Positions 27,797 to 39,232 of a stretch of 64,000 nucleotides of DNA are shown in pieces. Position numbers and translations under genes: made by a program. Under the pieces are notes generated by a model that saw only the letters and a list, made by a program, of their open reading frames with translations, did no database searches and was not told where the DNA came from. How positions within the stretch are numbered: the first letter of the stretch is position 1; each line of letters opens with the position of its first letter. The stretch is taken from contig NC_043003.1 of the NCBI RefSeq assembly GCF_006345805.1, forward strand, positions 64,046,001-64,110,000, given 5' to 3'. The stretch comes from Octopus sinensis. Taxonomy: Eukaryota.

Positions 27797-29328
27797 CCAT
27801 TGTTAAACAATGATGATAGCGATAATGATTTATATATATATATACACACACACACACGTGAGTATATGGAACACAGATGTTGAATAATGATATAGATATA
27901 AATAGACAGACAGATAGATGCATTTGTAAAATACAACACTCCTTGCACACAACTGAAGAAAAGTGGAGAGGAAGAGATATATGAGCACATGTGTGTGTGT
28001 GTGTGTTTGTGATTCTGTTCTGTATTGTTCAATGAGATAAGCAGACAACACTGAAGTATTGGAAAACACATTTTTCAATCAGTTTTTGTTTTACTGGAGA
28101 CATGAAATAATTGATCTGTGATTTTATTTATTTGTTTGTATGGCATCTCTGTCTGTGAGTCCATACTTTTATGTGCTTCCATGCATTTTGCACAAAAGTT
28201 TTAAATTGATTTATTATTATATTACAAAATAATAATATAATTACAGACACAGGCACGGCCGTGCGGTTACAAAGCTCGCTTTGCAATCACCTTGATTTAG
28301 GTTCAGTCCTACTGCATGGCACCATGGACAGATGTCTTCAACTATAGCCCCAGGCTGACCAATGCTTCGTGAGTGAATTTGGTAGATGGAAACTGTGTGG
28401 AAACCCATTATGTGTGTGTGTGTCTCTTTTGTACTTCCACTGCCACATTCACTCGACAACTGGTGTTGGTTTGTTTGTGTCCCCATAACTTAGCTGTTCA
28501 GCAAACGAGACTGAGCATACAAGGACCAGACTTCAAAATTGAACATTGGGATGGATATGTTTGATTCAACCCATCAAGCCAGTGCTCCAGCATGACCACA
28601 GTCCAATGACTGAAACAAATAAAATATATAAAAAATTATAAGAACATGGCTCTGTATGCATTTATGTACTAAAGAATGATGTTAAATGATGATGATGATG
28701 ATGACAGAAAGATATATAAATATTGTTATTCTCTTTTTTTTCTTATACTTGTTTCAGTCATTTGACTGCAGTCATGCTGGAGCACTACTTTTAGTCGAGG
28801 AAATCGACGCCAGGCCTCATTAATTGTAAGCCTAGTACTTATTCTATTGGTCTCTTTTGCCGAACCACTAACTTACAGTGACGTAAACACACCAGCATCA
28901 GTTGTCAAGCAATGTTGAGGGAGACAAACACAGACACACAAACATACATGCATATATATATATATATAAATATATACAAATATATATAAATATACGCTCA
29001 AATTGTGCTTGTCATGTGTCACCGGCATGGGAGCCAATCTGTGGCCCTGGCAACGATCATGTTCAGATATGCTTTTAACGTTCTATATATATGTATATAT
29101 ATATATAATATATATATATGAATGTACCTACTATTTTTTATATTTAAAAAAATTTTATCCTTAATTCTATTTAATATAGTTATATATGTATATATATATA
29201 TATATATAACTATTTACAGGTTCAAATATGCCTCAAGTATATTTGACTTAATAACAAATTTGTAATTATATGTATATATGTAATGGCCATTCACATAGTT
29301 TCTTTATTTCAAATTCATTCACATAGAC

Positions 29329-29803
29329 CAGGAGTTCTCAACCATTTTTTATCTATGCCCCCGACCCTGATTGCTATTTTATTCTTGTGGACCCCCGTAG
29401 CCATTCGATGTTTAAAAACTAGTTTCATAGAGTGTTATTATTGTTTTCATGCTTTAATTTGTGTAGGTTGGACTATGTAAAATGTCAGAGAAAGTTATCT
29501 GTTTCCTACAATACACATCAATACAGATGTCGAAAGCAAATTTTTTTCAGCAGCCCTTTAAATATCATTATGGATTCCCAATTTACTGTTTTGTTGTAAG
29601 GACCCCAAAAATCTAATGTGGACCCTCAAGGGCCATATTGACCCCGGTTGAGAACCATACACCAATACAGATGTCGAGAGCAAATTTTTTTCAGCAGCCC
29701 TTAAAATATCATTATGGATTCCCAATTTACTGTTTTGTTGTAAGGACCCCAAAAGTCTAATGTGGACCCTCAAGGGCCATATTGACCCCGTTGAGAACCA
29801 CTA
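29329..29803. mobile_element. hAT (Charlie-like) MITE with internal 3' tandem duplication
   Basis: Termini CAGGAGTTCTCAACC / GTTGAGAACCACTA; 8-bp TSD ACATAGAC/ACATAGGC. About 145 bp are duplicated (29512-29657, 29658-29800). Confidence 0.8.
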
Positions 29804-30158
29804 ACATAGGCCTTGTTCAACCTGACCTTTTCATGAGAGACACAACATAAGCATCAACTTATTGTACAGTGGGACGAACCAAGAACCATGTGGTCTGAAA
29901 GCAATCATCTTAACCATGATTACACATTATAGATGAATAAGTATATTTAGATGTATCATCAAACATCTAATATCGTATTCTCCCATCTTTGTTTAAACAT
30001 TAGTTTTGTACAAATAAAAACCAATTAAATCAATTCATTATTACACTAATTAGAGCAGATACTGTCATCTTATGTTAGAGAAAAACAATTTCATTACATT
30101 ACTCGCTTGTGGTTTCATTTGCCCCAAACATCGTGTTTATATACTTCATAGAACTTAC

Positions 30159-30206
30159 ATTTCATTGGATGCTTCTGTCATCTGTACTATTCGTATTGTT
30201 TGCACT
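30159..30206 (-). CDS. candidate 48-nt exon
   Basis: Perfect donor AT|gtaagt and a moderate acceptor ttatacag|A. Peptide VQTIRIVQMTEASNE (phase 2 to 2), phase-compatible with 32596-32682. Confidence 0.22.
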
Positions 30207-30432
30207 CTGTATAATTACAAGTTGTTTATTTATTTTGCCCACATTGAAACTTGGATATTTATAGAACTTTGACCAATGTATTTGCAGGAAAATATCTTAT
30301 CTAAAGCTAATCACACTTGTTAAATATCTGAGTAAAGGATATATAAGATATACTAAGGGAAGTCAAAAATTATCTGCAATTTCGCCAAAGCTTACTTTTG
30401 GTTGGCTTTACTGCTTTCAGTGCTCATGTGCT

Positions 30433-30719
30433 AAAAGGTGGTACTCTTGTGGCAACATAGAAGGTGGTACTCTTGTGGCAACATAAAAGGTGGTACTCTT
30501 GTGGCAACATAAAAGGTAGTACTCTTGTGGTAACATAAAAAGTGGTAATCTTGTGTAAACATAAAAGGTGGTACTCTTGTGGCAACATTAAAAAGTGGTA
30601 CTCTTGTGGTAACATAAAAAGTGGTACTCTTGTGGCAACATAAAAGGTGGTACTCTTGTGGCAACATAAAAAGTGGTACTCTTGTGGCAAAATAAAAGGT
30701 GGTACTCTTGTGGCAACAT
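30433..30719. repeat. 26-bp minisatellite, about 11 copies
   Basis: Unit AAAAGGTGGTACTCTTGTGGCAACAT, head-to-tail with no spacers. Confidence 0.97.
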
Positions 30720-30795
30720 AACTGAAGTATGACCTTGATTGCTCTAGTTTTCTTTCTAGTGTTACAAAACAAACATAGTTGCTCTACTGGCGGTG

Positions 30796-31400
30796 TGTGC
30801 CAAAAAGGCACAAAGATCAGTGATCTGATTTCTCTAGTCTGAAGGTGTATCAGGGGTTGAAATTCATTGTAGGCTATCAGTACAATACAGGAATAGCTCT
30901 CTACCATGTAGATGAATGTATGAGTGGATGAAGAGGTTTAAAATTGGCCAGATAAGCATGAAGCTTGAAGAGGGTGTAGGATGCCCACCAACCACCATCA
31001 CTGACATGAAGATTCAACAGGCTGAAGAGATGGTTCTGGTGAACCAACGAGTGACTGTCAATGAAGTGGCGTGTCCTCTGCAAACTAGTCATGGTTCTAC
31101 ATACAAAATCATCCACAAGAAACTTTGCTTTGCGTGAGATGGGTGCCAAGAGAGTTTACCAAAGTCCATAAGCGCAATCATGTGGATTTCTGTCAAAACT
31201 TACTCAACTGCTACAAGAATAAAAGCAAAGTTTTTTTTGGGAGAGAATAGTCACAGATGATTCCTGGGTTCATCACTTTGAGCCAGAATCCAAAAGGTAA
31301 AGAATAGAGTGGAAATATCCAGAATTGCCAGCAATAAAGAAATTCAAGACTCAATGTTCCACAAAAAAAGTGATGTTCCTTATTTTTGGGGACACAAAAG
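30796..31400 (+). pseudogene. mariner transposase pseudogene (N-terminal HTH to start of catalytic domain)
   Basis: Translates, with stops and frameshifts, as QRSVI*FL*SEGVSGVEIH..MYEWMKRFK..RVTVNEVA..SHGSTYKIIHKKL..RWVPREFT..RIVTDDSWVHHFEPESKR..KKFKTQ..KVMFLIF. The WVPxxLT and IVTGDExW motifs are diagnostic of mariner. Confidence 0.9.
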
Positions 31401-31934
31401 AGTGCAGACGTGGCTGTGTGGTAAGAAGGTTCCTTCTCAATCACATAGTTTCTAAGTTCAGTCCCACAGCATGGCACCTTGATGGAGTGTTTTCTACTAG
31501 AACCTGAGGTTGACCAAAGCCTTGTGAGTGGATTTGGTAGAGGGAAACTGAAAGAAACCTGTTGTATATGTGTGTGTGTCCCACCACTACTTGACAATTG
31601 GTGTGTTTATGTCACTGTACATTAAAAGTTCAGCATAAGGGGCCAACAGAATAAGTATTGGGGTCGATTTGTTCGACTAAAATTCTTCAACGTGGTGCCC
31701 CAGCATGGTCACAGTCTAATGACTGAAACGAGTAAAAAAAATAAAAGATAAAAGATAAAACAATATTTAGTATTTTAAAATAAATAACATTGCAATTTGG
31801 AAGATCTTAGTCAGGTAAAGGTTGTGAAAGAACCAAAAAATATTTAATTAGTGGGTAACATCCATGGTTTTATAGAGATTTGTTGAGTGGTCAAACCTGT
31901 ATTTGAACACCAAAAGTACTTCGATTTGATGATA

Positions 31935-32149
31935 TGATGGGGTGCTGTAAAGTCCCTGGTTTTAAAGTTATCATGAAAGGCCTAGTTGGAGGCTCAGCAT
32001 TCTGAGTTTTTTTACAGGGCTTAGTAAAACTGAAGGACCACTGCAATAAGTGTGAATCTGAGAGAGGAATATATTGAATGAAGTCACAATTAACTGGTCC
32101 TCCTGTATTTTCTTTTATCCAAAGCCAGGAACTTTTCAGCACTCCCTTG
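31935..32149 (+). mobile_element. non-autonomous mariner deletion derivative (MITE)
   Basis: TA-flanked TIRs TGATGGGGTGCTGTAAAGTCCCTGG / CCAGGAACTTTTCAGCACTCCCTTG. The interior encodes the degenerate mariner C-terminus GLVKLKDHCNKC. Confidence 0.8.
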
Positions 32150-32549
32150 TATATTGATTTCATCTTCATAGTGTGTGTATGTATGTATGTATGTCTCTCC
32201 TATTTTTTAATTATTATAAATCTTCCACTGAGGAGGGAGCCAGTTTTCAACAAAGATACAAGGCTCCATCATGTCCCACCCAACACAGACAAATTCACAT
32301 TTGAACCTTGAGAAAAGTTTTGCATATTTTTACTGTTTCATTCACAGATTGCACTTGTAATGTATGAGTGAGCCGGTCGATTTCTCTTTCTGAAAATCCC
32401 AGTTTATCTAGATTTTCCTTTAAGCATTTACTAACAAAACAGTGCTCCAATTATTATTGGTATGAATATGAATTTATAGACTGGATATAGAAGTTGGAGG
32501 TTCTGAAGCAGTTGGCCATAGATATCCTCTTTTTCTTTTATTTTCACAG

Positions 32550-32688
32550 AGATATTTATATCTGCAAAGCAGCTAACCTCTATGATGGTACATACCTTTG
32601 CCCCTCTGTCCCAAAGAACAATAGCCCACCTGTTATGCTTACATTTGACAGAAGTTTTGATGGGAATATTTCACCAGTATTCCTAGAT
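32550..32688 (+). CDS. candidate plus-strand exon, product unknown
   Basis: Strong acceptor tcctctttttcttttattttcacag|A. Peptide DIYICKAANLYDGTYLCPSVPKNNSPPVMLTFDRSFDGNISPVFLD; phase-compatible with 24069-24136. The donor gtatgt is the start of a microsatellite, so it may be fortuitous. Confidence 0.33.
32596..32682 (-). CDS. candidate minus-strand exon overlapping the plus-strand candidate
   Basis: Strong donor AG|gtatgt but a weak acceptor (catacatctag|G). Peptide NTGEIFPSKLLSNVSITGGLLFFGTEGQ. The first G completes a TGG codon with the exon ending at 40478. Confidence 0.28.
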
Positions 32689-32721
32689 GTATGTATGTAT
32701 TTATTTATTTATTTATTTATG

Positions 32722-32755
<34 letters not shown>

Positions 32756-33026
32756 TGTATGTATGTATGTATGTATGTATGTATGTATGAATATATATGT
32801 GTGGGTGCATATGTATGTCTGTGTTTTGTTGCTTTGATATTGTGTTATAGTTGTAAATGGTTATGATTCATATACAAAATTCTACAATAATCACATCTGG
32901 CCATTGGGGGGAAATATTACCTTGTCTGGAAGCAGATAAGGGTTTGCAACAGGGAGGGCATCCAGCTGTAAAAAATCTGCTCAATAAATTTCATCCAGTC
33001 TATGTAAGGAGATAAAAATTGACATA

Positions 33027-33427
33027 AGGCGCAGGAGTGGCTGTGTGGTAGGTAGCTTGCTTACCAGCCACATGTTTTTGGGTTCAGTCCCACTGCATGG
33101 CACCTTGGGCAAGTGTCTTCTACTATAGCCTTGGGTCGACCAAAGCCTTGTGAGTGGATTTGGTAGACAGAAACTGAAAGAAGCCCGTCGCATATATGTA
33201 TATATATATATATATATGTGTGTGTTTCTGTGTCTGTGTTTGTCCCCCAACATCGCTTGTCAACCGATGCTGGCGTGTTTACATACCTGTAATTTAGTGG
33301 TCCGGCAAAAGGGACCGATAGAATAAGTACTAGGCTTACAAAGAATAACTCCTGCGGTCGATTTGGTCGACTTAAGGTGGTGCTCCAGCATGGCCACAGT
33401 CAAATGACTGAAACAAGTAAAAGAGTA
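33027..33427 (+). mobile_element. full-length family A tRNA-SINE
   Basis: GGCGCAGGAGTGGCTGTGTGG head, GGTTCAGTCCC B-box-like motif, internal (TA)n(TG)n, and 3' end GCTCCAGCATGGCCACAGTCAAATGACTGAAACAAGTAAAAGAGTA. More than 15 full or partial copies in the window. Probably one of the known octopus tRNA SINE families; assignment not verifiable here. Confidence 0.9.
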
Positions 33428-34069
33428 TTAAAATTCATGATGATGGTGGTGGTGGTGGTGGTGGTGGTGGCGGCACTCAGTGAAGGATACCATCATCAGT
33501 TACAGGTGTCATTTGAACTAGTTGCTGGTTGACTGCTTTTCTGATATTTGTCAAGTATCAAGTTACAGTTGCTTAAGGAAGCGTCTCTCACTCTGTAAAT
33601 CACACAGAATGATCTACATTAAGGGACTTCATTTGTAACGCTTTGATTTTTCGATTTTACTGATATTTGTATACCTCAGTGAATAAACAGAGATCTAAGA
33701 TAGGCACACTTACACACACACATACACACACACACTATCACACAACACGCACACATGCATGCATACACACACACTTCCACTAGATTTTGTTGTTTACTTG
33801 TTTCAATCTTTGTGTTGTGGCCATGCTGGAGTACCACCTTGAGGGATTTAGTCAAACATATTGATGGTAGTAACGTTTTTTTTTTAATGTCTGGGATTTA
33901 TTCTGCCTGTCTCTTTTAACAAACCACTTAATTATGGGGATGTAAACAAACCAACACTAGTTGTCAACTTGTGGTGGTGAGGCAAAGACATGCACCTACA
34001 CACACACACATATATATATACGTATATGCATGCACACAGAGACTTATATGTATATGTATATATATGTAG

Positions 34070-34450
34070 GTAAACAGTAAAAATAATTACAGACATGGAC
34101 AAGAACATGAAACACCACAGAGACGACACAAGAACCACAGGACGGGACATTCGAAGCCCTCAGTCATCAGTCAAGAACCAGATCATCTTAGCAATTTCGG
34201 CTGATTAATCTTGAGATTGCTCCGATATGGCCAGCCCGCCAAGGGAAATCTAAGCCAAGCGCATTAGATCCCCTGGAAGAAAGCTTCGAATGTATACAAC
34301 ACGAGGACGGAAAACGAACGAAGTACACGAACAAAAATACAGAATACGTGACACCAATAAGAATACAAAAACGTAAAAACAATAACGGTAAAAATAAAAA
34401 ATAAACAACAAAACAAAACCAGGACGTAGGACAAGGGTCTTTCGACAGGA
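34070..34450 (-). mobile_element. probable Penelope-like element 3' fragment
   Basis: The minus strand has a CTGATGA..CTTCGAA hammerhead-like core near 34150-34170, in a GC-richer segment typical of PLE termini. No intact ORF. Confidence 0.4.
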
Positions 34451-35005
34451 CGAGTTGAGTATGGGGCTGGCTTGTGAAGTTGTGCCTAATGGCCGCGGGG
34501 AGATGAACAAATACGTGTTGCTTCTGCGACTGCTGAAACGAAAAGAGCGCTCAACAGCGGCTAGCGGTCACATGAGAACAAAAGACAGGAGAAAGGGACA
34601 GATGAAAAGAGAGAGAAGGTGGACGAGGGAGGAGAAGAAAGAGACAGATCGAGGGGGCTGGAGGTGAGAGAGAAAGAGAAACGTAGAAGGGGGGGAAGAC
34701 GGATGGAGAGGGAAAGAAAGGAAGGGGAATAAGGGAGGAGAGAGAGAGAGAAAGAGACAGATTAAGAGTCGTATCAATGCTAGAGAAAAAATATACTTAT
34801 CGTATAAGGACAATTGTGGATACGTAGCCGTGTACGTATAGGCGTAGCAGTGGCCGTGTGATAAGTAGCTTGCTTACGAACCACATGGTTCCGGGTTCAG
34901 TCCCACTGCATGGCACCTTGGGCAAGTGTCTTCTACTATAGCCTTGGGCTGACCAAAGCCTTGTGAGTGAATTTGGTAGACAGAAACTGAAAGAAGCCCG
35001 TCGTA

Positions 35006-35093
<88 letters not shown>

Positions 35094-35260
35094 CACATAC
35101 ATAAGTATGTATGTGTGTCTGTGTTTGTCCCCCAACATCGCTTGACAACTGATGCTGGTGTGTTTACATCCCCAAAACTTAGCGGTTCTACATTTGTTTT
35201 TGAAAGTAGTGGTTTTCTGATTGCAGCCCTCACGTGAAATTCAGTTTTGTGCAGTTTTTG

Positions 35261-35845
35261 TGGAAGACATGGGATGAGGTGGTCAAGCATGACCTTCAAA
35301 TGTTGGGCTTCACAGAGGCAATGACGAAAGACCGAGACCTCTGAGATATGCTGTGATTGTGAAGACCCAACAAATGAAGTGAGTTCATGGCTCGCAGGAC
35401 AGCTTCCTGTGATAACCTTGGATCGTAGAGTGACTCGCTGTTCTTGAGGAGACCTACTGAGTCAAGTACATCAACCCCGACATCAAAATAAAAATCAATA
35501 TATTTATACACACATACACTCATATATATATATATACACACACATATGCCAGCTCTTCCCCCCATCATGCCAGACCCCCCCCCCCGTCCCAACTGGCTCC
35601 TGTGCCAGTAGCACGTAAAAAGCACCATCTGAACGTGGCTGATGCCAGTGCTGCCCAATCGGCTTCCATGCCGGTGGCACATAAAAAGTTTCCAATACAC
35701 TCTCAGAGTAGTTGGCATTAGGAACAGCATCCAGCTGTAGAAACATTGCCAGATCAGATTGGAGCGTAATGAGGCCTTTGGCTTGCCAGACCCCAGTCAA
35801 ACCATCCAACCCATGCCAGCATGAAAAACGGACGTTAAACGACGA
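35261..35845 (+). mobile_element. RTE-LINE 3' fragment
   Basis: GAAGACATGGGATGAGGTGGTCAAGCATGACCTTCAAATGTTGGGC (KTWDEVVKHDL), followed by the 3' UTR and tail. Confidence 0.85.
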
Positions 35846-35903
35846 TATATATATATATATACATACATATATATATGTATATATATGTATATGTGTGTAT
35901 ATA

Positions 35904-35934
<31 letters not shown>

Positions 35935-37456
35935 CATCATCATCATCATCATCATCATTTAACGTCCGCTTTCCATGCTAGCATGGGTTGGACAGTTCAA
36001 CTGGGGTCTGGGGAGCCCGAAAGCTGCACCAGTCCAGTCAGATCTGGCAGTGTTTCTACAGCTGGATGCCCTTCCTAACGCCAACCACTCCGAGAGTGTA
36101 GTGGGTGATTTTATGTGCCACCGACACAGGTGCCAGACGAGGCTGGCAAACGGCCACGCTCGGATGGTGTTTTTTATGTGCCACCGACACAGGTGCCAGA
36201 CGAGGCTGGCAGACGGCCACGCTCGGATGGTGTTTTTATGTGCCACTGACACAGGTGCCAGATGAGGCTGGCAAACGGCCACGATCGGATGGTGTTTGTT
36301 ACGTGCCCACAGCACGGAGGCCAGTCGATGCGGTACTGGCTACGGCCACGTTCGGATGATTTTCTTGTGTGCCACGTGCCACTGGCACTGGTACCACAAA
36401 GATACAAATTCCATTGATGTTCATCTATTTTGATTTGTTTTGATTTTCACTTGCCTCAACAGGTCTTCACAAGTGTCACAAGAAGGAAGGTAAGCACAGG
36501 TGGACTGACTACGTCCCAGGTAGGGGCCACGGGTTATGGCCTGACTAGTCTTGCCGGGTCTTCGGATGGTGTTTTTATGTGCCACTGACATAGGTGCCAG
36601 ATGAGGCTGGCGAACGGCCACAATCGGATGGTGTTTGTTACGTGCCCACAGCACGGAGGCCAGTCGATGCGGTACTGGCTACGGCCACGTTCAGATGGTT
36701 TTCTTGTGTGCCACCGAAACTGGTACCACAAAGATACAAATTCCATTAATGTTCATCTATTTTGATTTGTTTTGTTTTGATTTGATTTGATTTTGATTTT
36801 CACTTGCCTCAACAGGTCTTCACAAGTGTCACAAGAAGGAAGGTATGCACAGGTGGACTGACTACGTCCCAGGTAGGGGCCACAGGTTATGGCCTGACTA
36901 GTCTTGCCGGGTCTTCGGATGGTGTTTTTATGTGCCACCGACCCAGGTGCCAGATGAGGCTGGCGAACAGCACGATCGGATGGTGGTGTTTGTTACGTGC
37001 CCACAGCACGGAGGCCAGTCGTGTCGGTGCGGTACTGGCTACGGTCACGTTCGGATGGTTTTCTTGTGTGCCACCGGCACTGGTACCACAAAGATACAAA
37101 TTCCATTGATGTTCATCTATTTTGATTTGTTTTGATTTGATTTTGATTTTCACTTGCCTCAACAGGCCTTCACAAGTATCACAAGGAGGAAGGTATGCAC
37201 AGGTGGACTGACTACGTCCCAGGTAGGGGCCACGGGTTATGGCCTGACTAGTCTTGCTGGGTCTTCGGATGGTGTTTTTATGTGCCACCGACACAGGTGC
37301 TAGATGAGGCTGGCGAACGGCCACGATCGGATGGTGTTTGTTATGTGCCCACAGCACGATGGCCAGTCGATGCGGTACTGACTACGGCCACGTTCGGATG
37401 GATTTCTTGTGTGCCACCGGCACTGGTACCACAAAGATACAAATTCCATTGATGTT
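35935..37456 (-). repeat. RTE 3' UTR-derived tandem array (short ~56-bp units plus 3.5 copies of a ~345-bp unit)
   Basis: Unit starts GGATGGTGTTTTTATGTGCC at about 36226, 36564, 36917 and 37267, downstream of an RTE (CAT)n tail. Confidence 0.9.
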
Positions 37457-37831
37457 CATATATATATATATATATATAATATATATATATATACACACAG
37501 ATATATATATATATGAATAAATAAATGGAGTTTAACGCAGATGTAAATAAAATATTTTTACTTTCGACACATGTTTCGAAAATTCCACTGATACTATTTA
37601 AAAGAATAAATGGTATAAATAATGCAATCTTCTCTTCAGAGGTAGCCATTATGGAATGGAATATGGTGACTGCTCTCTATTGTCGAAGTTGAATAGACAC
37701 AGACACACACATATGCAAACAAGGTAAAAATACACTCATCTATATATATATGTGTGTGTATATGTGTATATATACATACATGACTAGATAGAAAAATAGA
37801 TATAGTATATATATATATATATATATATATA

Positions 37832-38981
37832 TCATCATCATCATCATCATCGTTTAGCGTCCGTTTTCCATGCTAGCATGGATTGGACGGTTCTACTGGG
37901 GTCTGTGAAGCCAGAAGGCTTCATCAGGCCCAGTCAAATCTGGCAGTGTTTCTACGGCTGGATGCCCTTCCTAACGCCAACCACTCCGTGAGTGTAGTGG
38001 GTGCTTTTTACGTGCCACCCGCACTGGTGCCAGACAGAGCTGGCAAACGGCCACGAACGGATGGTGCTTTTTATGTGCCACCGGCACGAGGGCCAGGCGA
38101 GGCTGGCAACGGACACGAAACGGGGCGGTGCTGGCAACGGTCGCGAAACGGAAGTTCTCTTACATGCCACCGGCACTGGTAACACATCTGCAATTTCCAT
38201 TGATCGATTTCCATTGATCGATTTCGATTCTGATCGTCACTTGCCTCAACGGGTCTTCACAAGCAGAGTTTTGACATGCCACCGGCACTGGTAGCACATC
38301 CGCAATTTCCATTGATCGATTTCGATTCTGATTCTCACTTGCCTCATCACGTCTTCACAAGTAGAGTTTTGTGTCCCAAGAAGGGAAGGTATGCATACGT
38401 AGGCTGGCTCCATCCCATGTAGAAGGCCACGGGTTATGGACTCACTTGTCCTGCCGGGTCTTCTCGCGCACAGCACACTTCCAGAGGTCTCGGTCTCTAG
38501 TCATTTCCTCAGTGAGACCTAAAGTTCGAAGGTCGTGCTTCACCACCTCGTCCCAGGTTTCCTGGGTCTGCCTCTTCCACAGGTTCCCTCAACCGCTAGG
38601 GTGTGGCACTTTTTCACACAACTATCTTCATCCATTCTCGCCACATGACCATACCAGCGCAAACGTCTCTCTTGCACACCACAACTGATGCTTCTTAGGT
38701 CCAGCTTTTCTCTCAAGGTACTTACACTCTGCCGAGTGTGAGTACCGGCATTACACATCCATCGGAGCATACTGGCTTCATTTCTAGCGAGCTTACGCAT
38801 ATCCTCAGCAGTCACGGCCCATGTTTCACTGCCATGTAGCATGGCTGTTCGTACACACGCATCATACAGTCTGCCTTTCACTCTGTGCGAGAGGCCTTTT
38901 GTCACCAGCAGAGGTAAGAGCTCTCTGAACTTTGCCCAAGCTATTCTTACTCTAGCAGTTACACTTTCAGCACACCCGCCC
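37832..38981 (-). mobile_element. 5'-truncated RTE-clade LINE
   Basis: RT C-terminal ORF, 3' UTR and (GAT)n tail; (TA)n on both flanks. Confidence 0.93.
38442..38981 (-). pseudogene. RTE reverse-transcriptase ORF C-terminal remnant (1-nt frameshift near 38555)
   Basis: ARVRIAWAKFRELLPLL..KGRLYDACVRTAMLHGSETWA..RNEASMLRWMC..RRLRWYGHVARM..GRGRPRK. After a frameshift it continues TWDEVVKHDLRTLGLTEEMTRDRDLWKCAVREKTRQDK*. These motifs are typical of RTE-clade elements. Confidence 0.92.
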
Positions 38982-39232
38982 ATATATATATATATATATA
39001 TATACATGTTTGTTATTTTATAATAATTACTGGTATCCTTATATATTAATATATTTTATATCTTATATGTAAAGCATAATATGTTATATGTATGTATATT
39101 ATTGTAATTATCAGTTTAGTAAATAAATAAATAAGTTAACATAATATAATGCCTAAAAGTTGATGAACCACCTATTGATCCCCTCCATTTTCTTATTGCT
39201 ATATACATATATATATATATAGAGAGAGAGAG

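Larger units (their letters stand above)
30353..31400 (+). mobile_element. decayed mariner (Tc1/mariner) element, 3'-truncated by SINE insertion
   Basis: TA plus TIR-like CTAAGGGAAGTCAAAAATTATCTGCAAT at 30351, followed by a transposase remnant. Confidence 0.85.

Noticed and set aside
30433-30719. CRISPR-like array
   Set aside because: The units are contiguous with no unique spacers, there are no cas genes, and the context is eukaryotic; it is a minisatellite.
35959-38294. Cys/His/Trp-rich ORFs (e.g. 35959..36315, 36887..37357, 37883..38182)
   Set aside because: They are incidental frames across the tandem RTE 3' UTR units, with no protein motifs.
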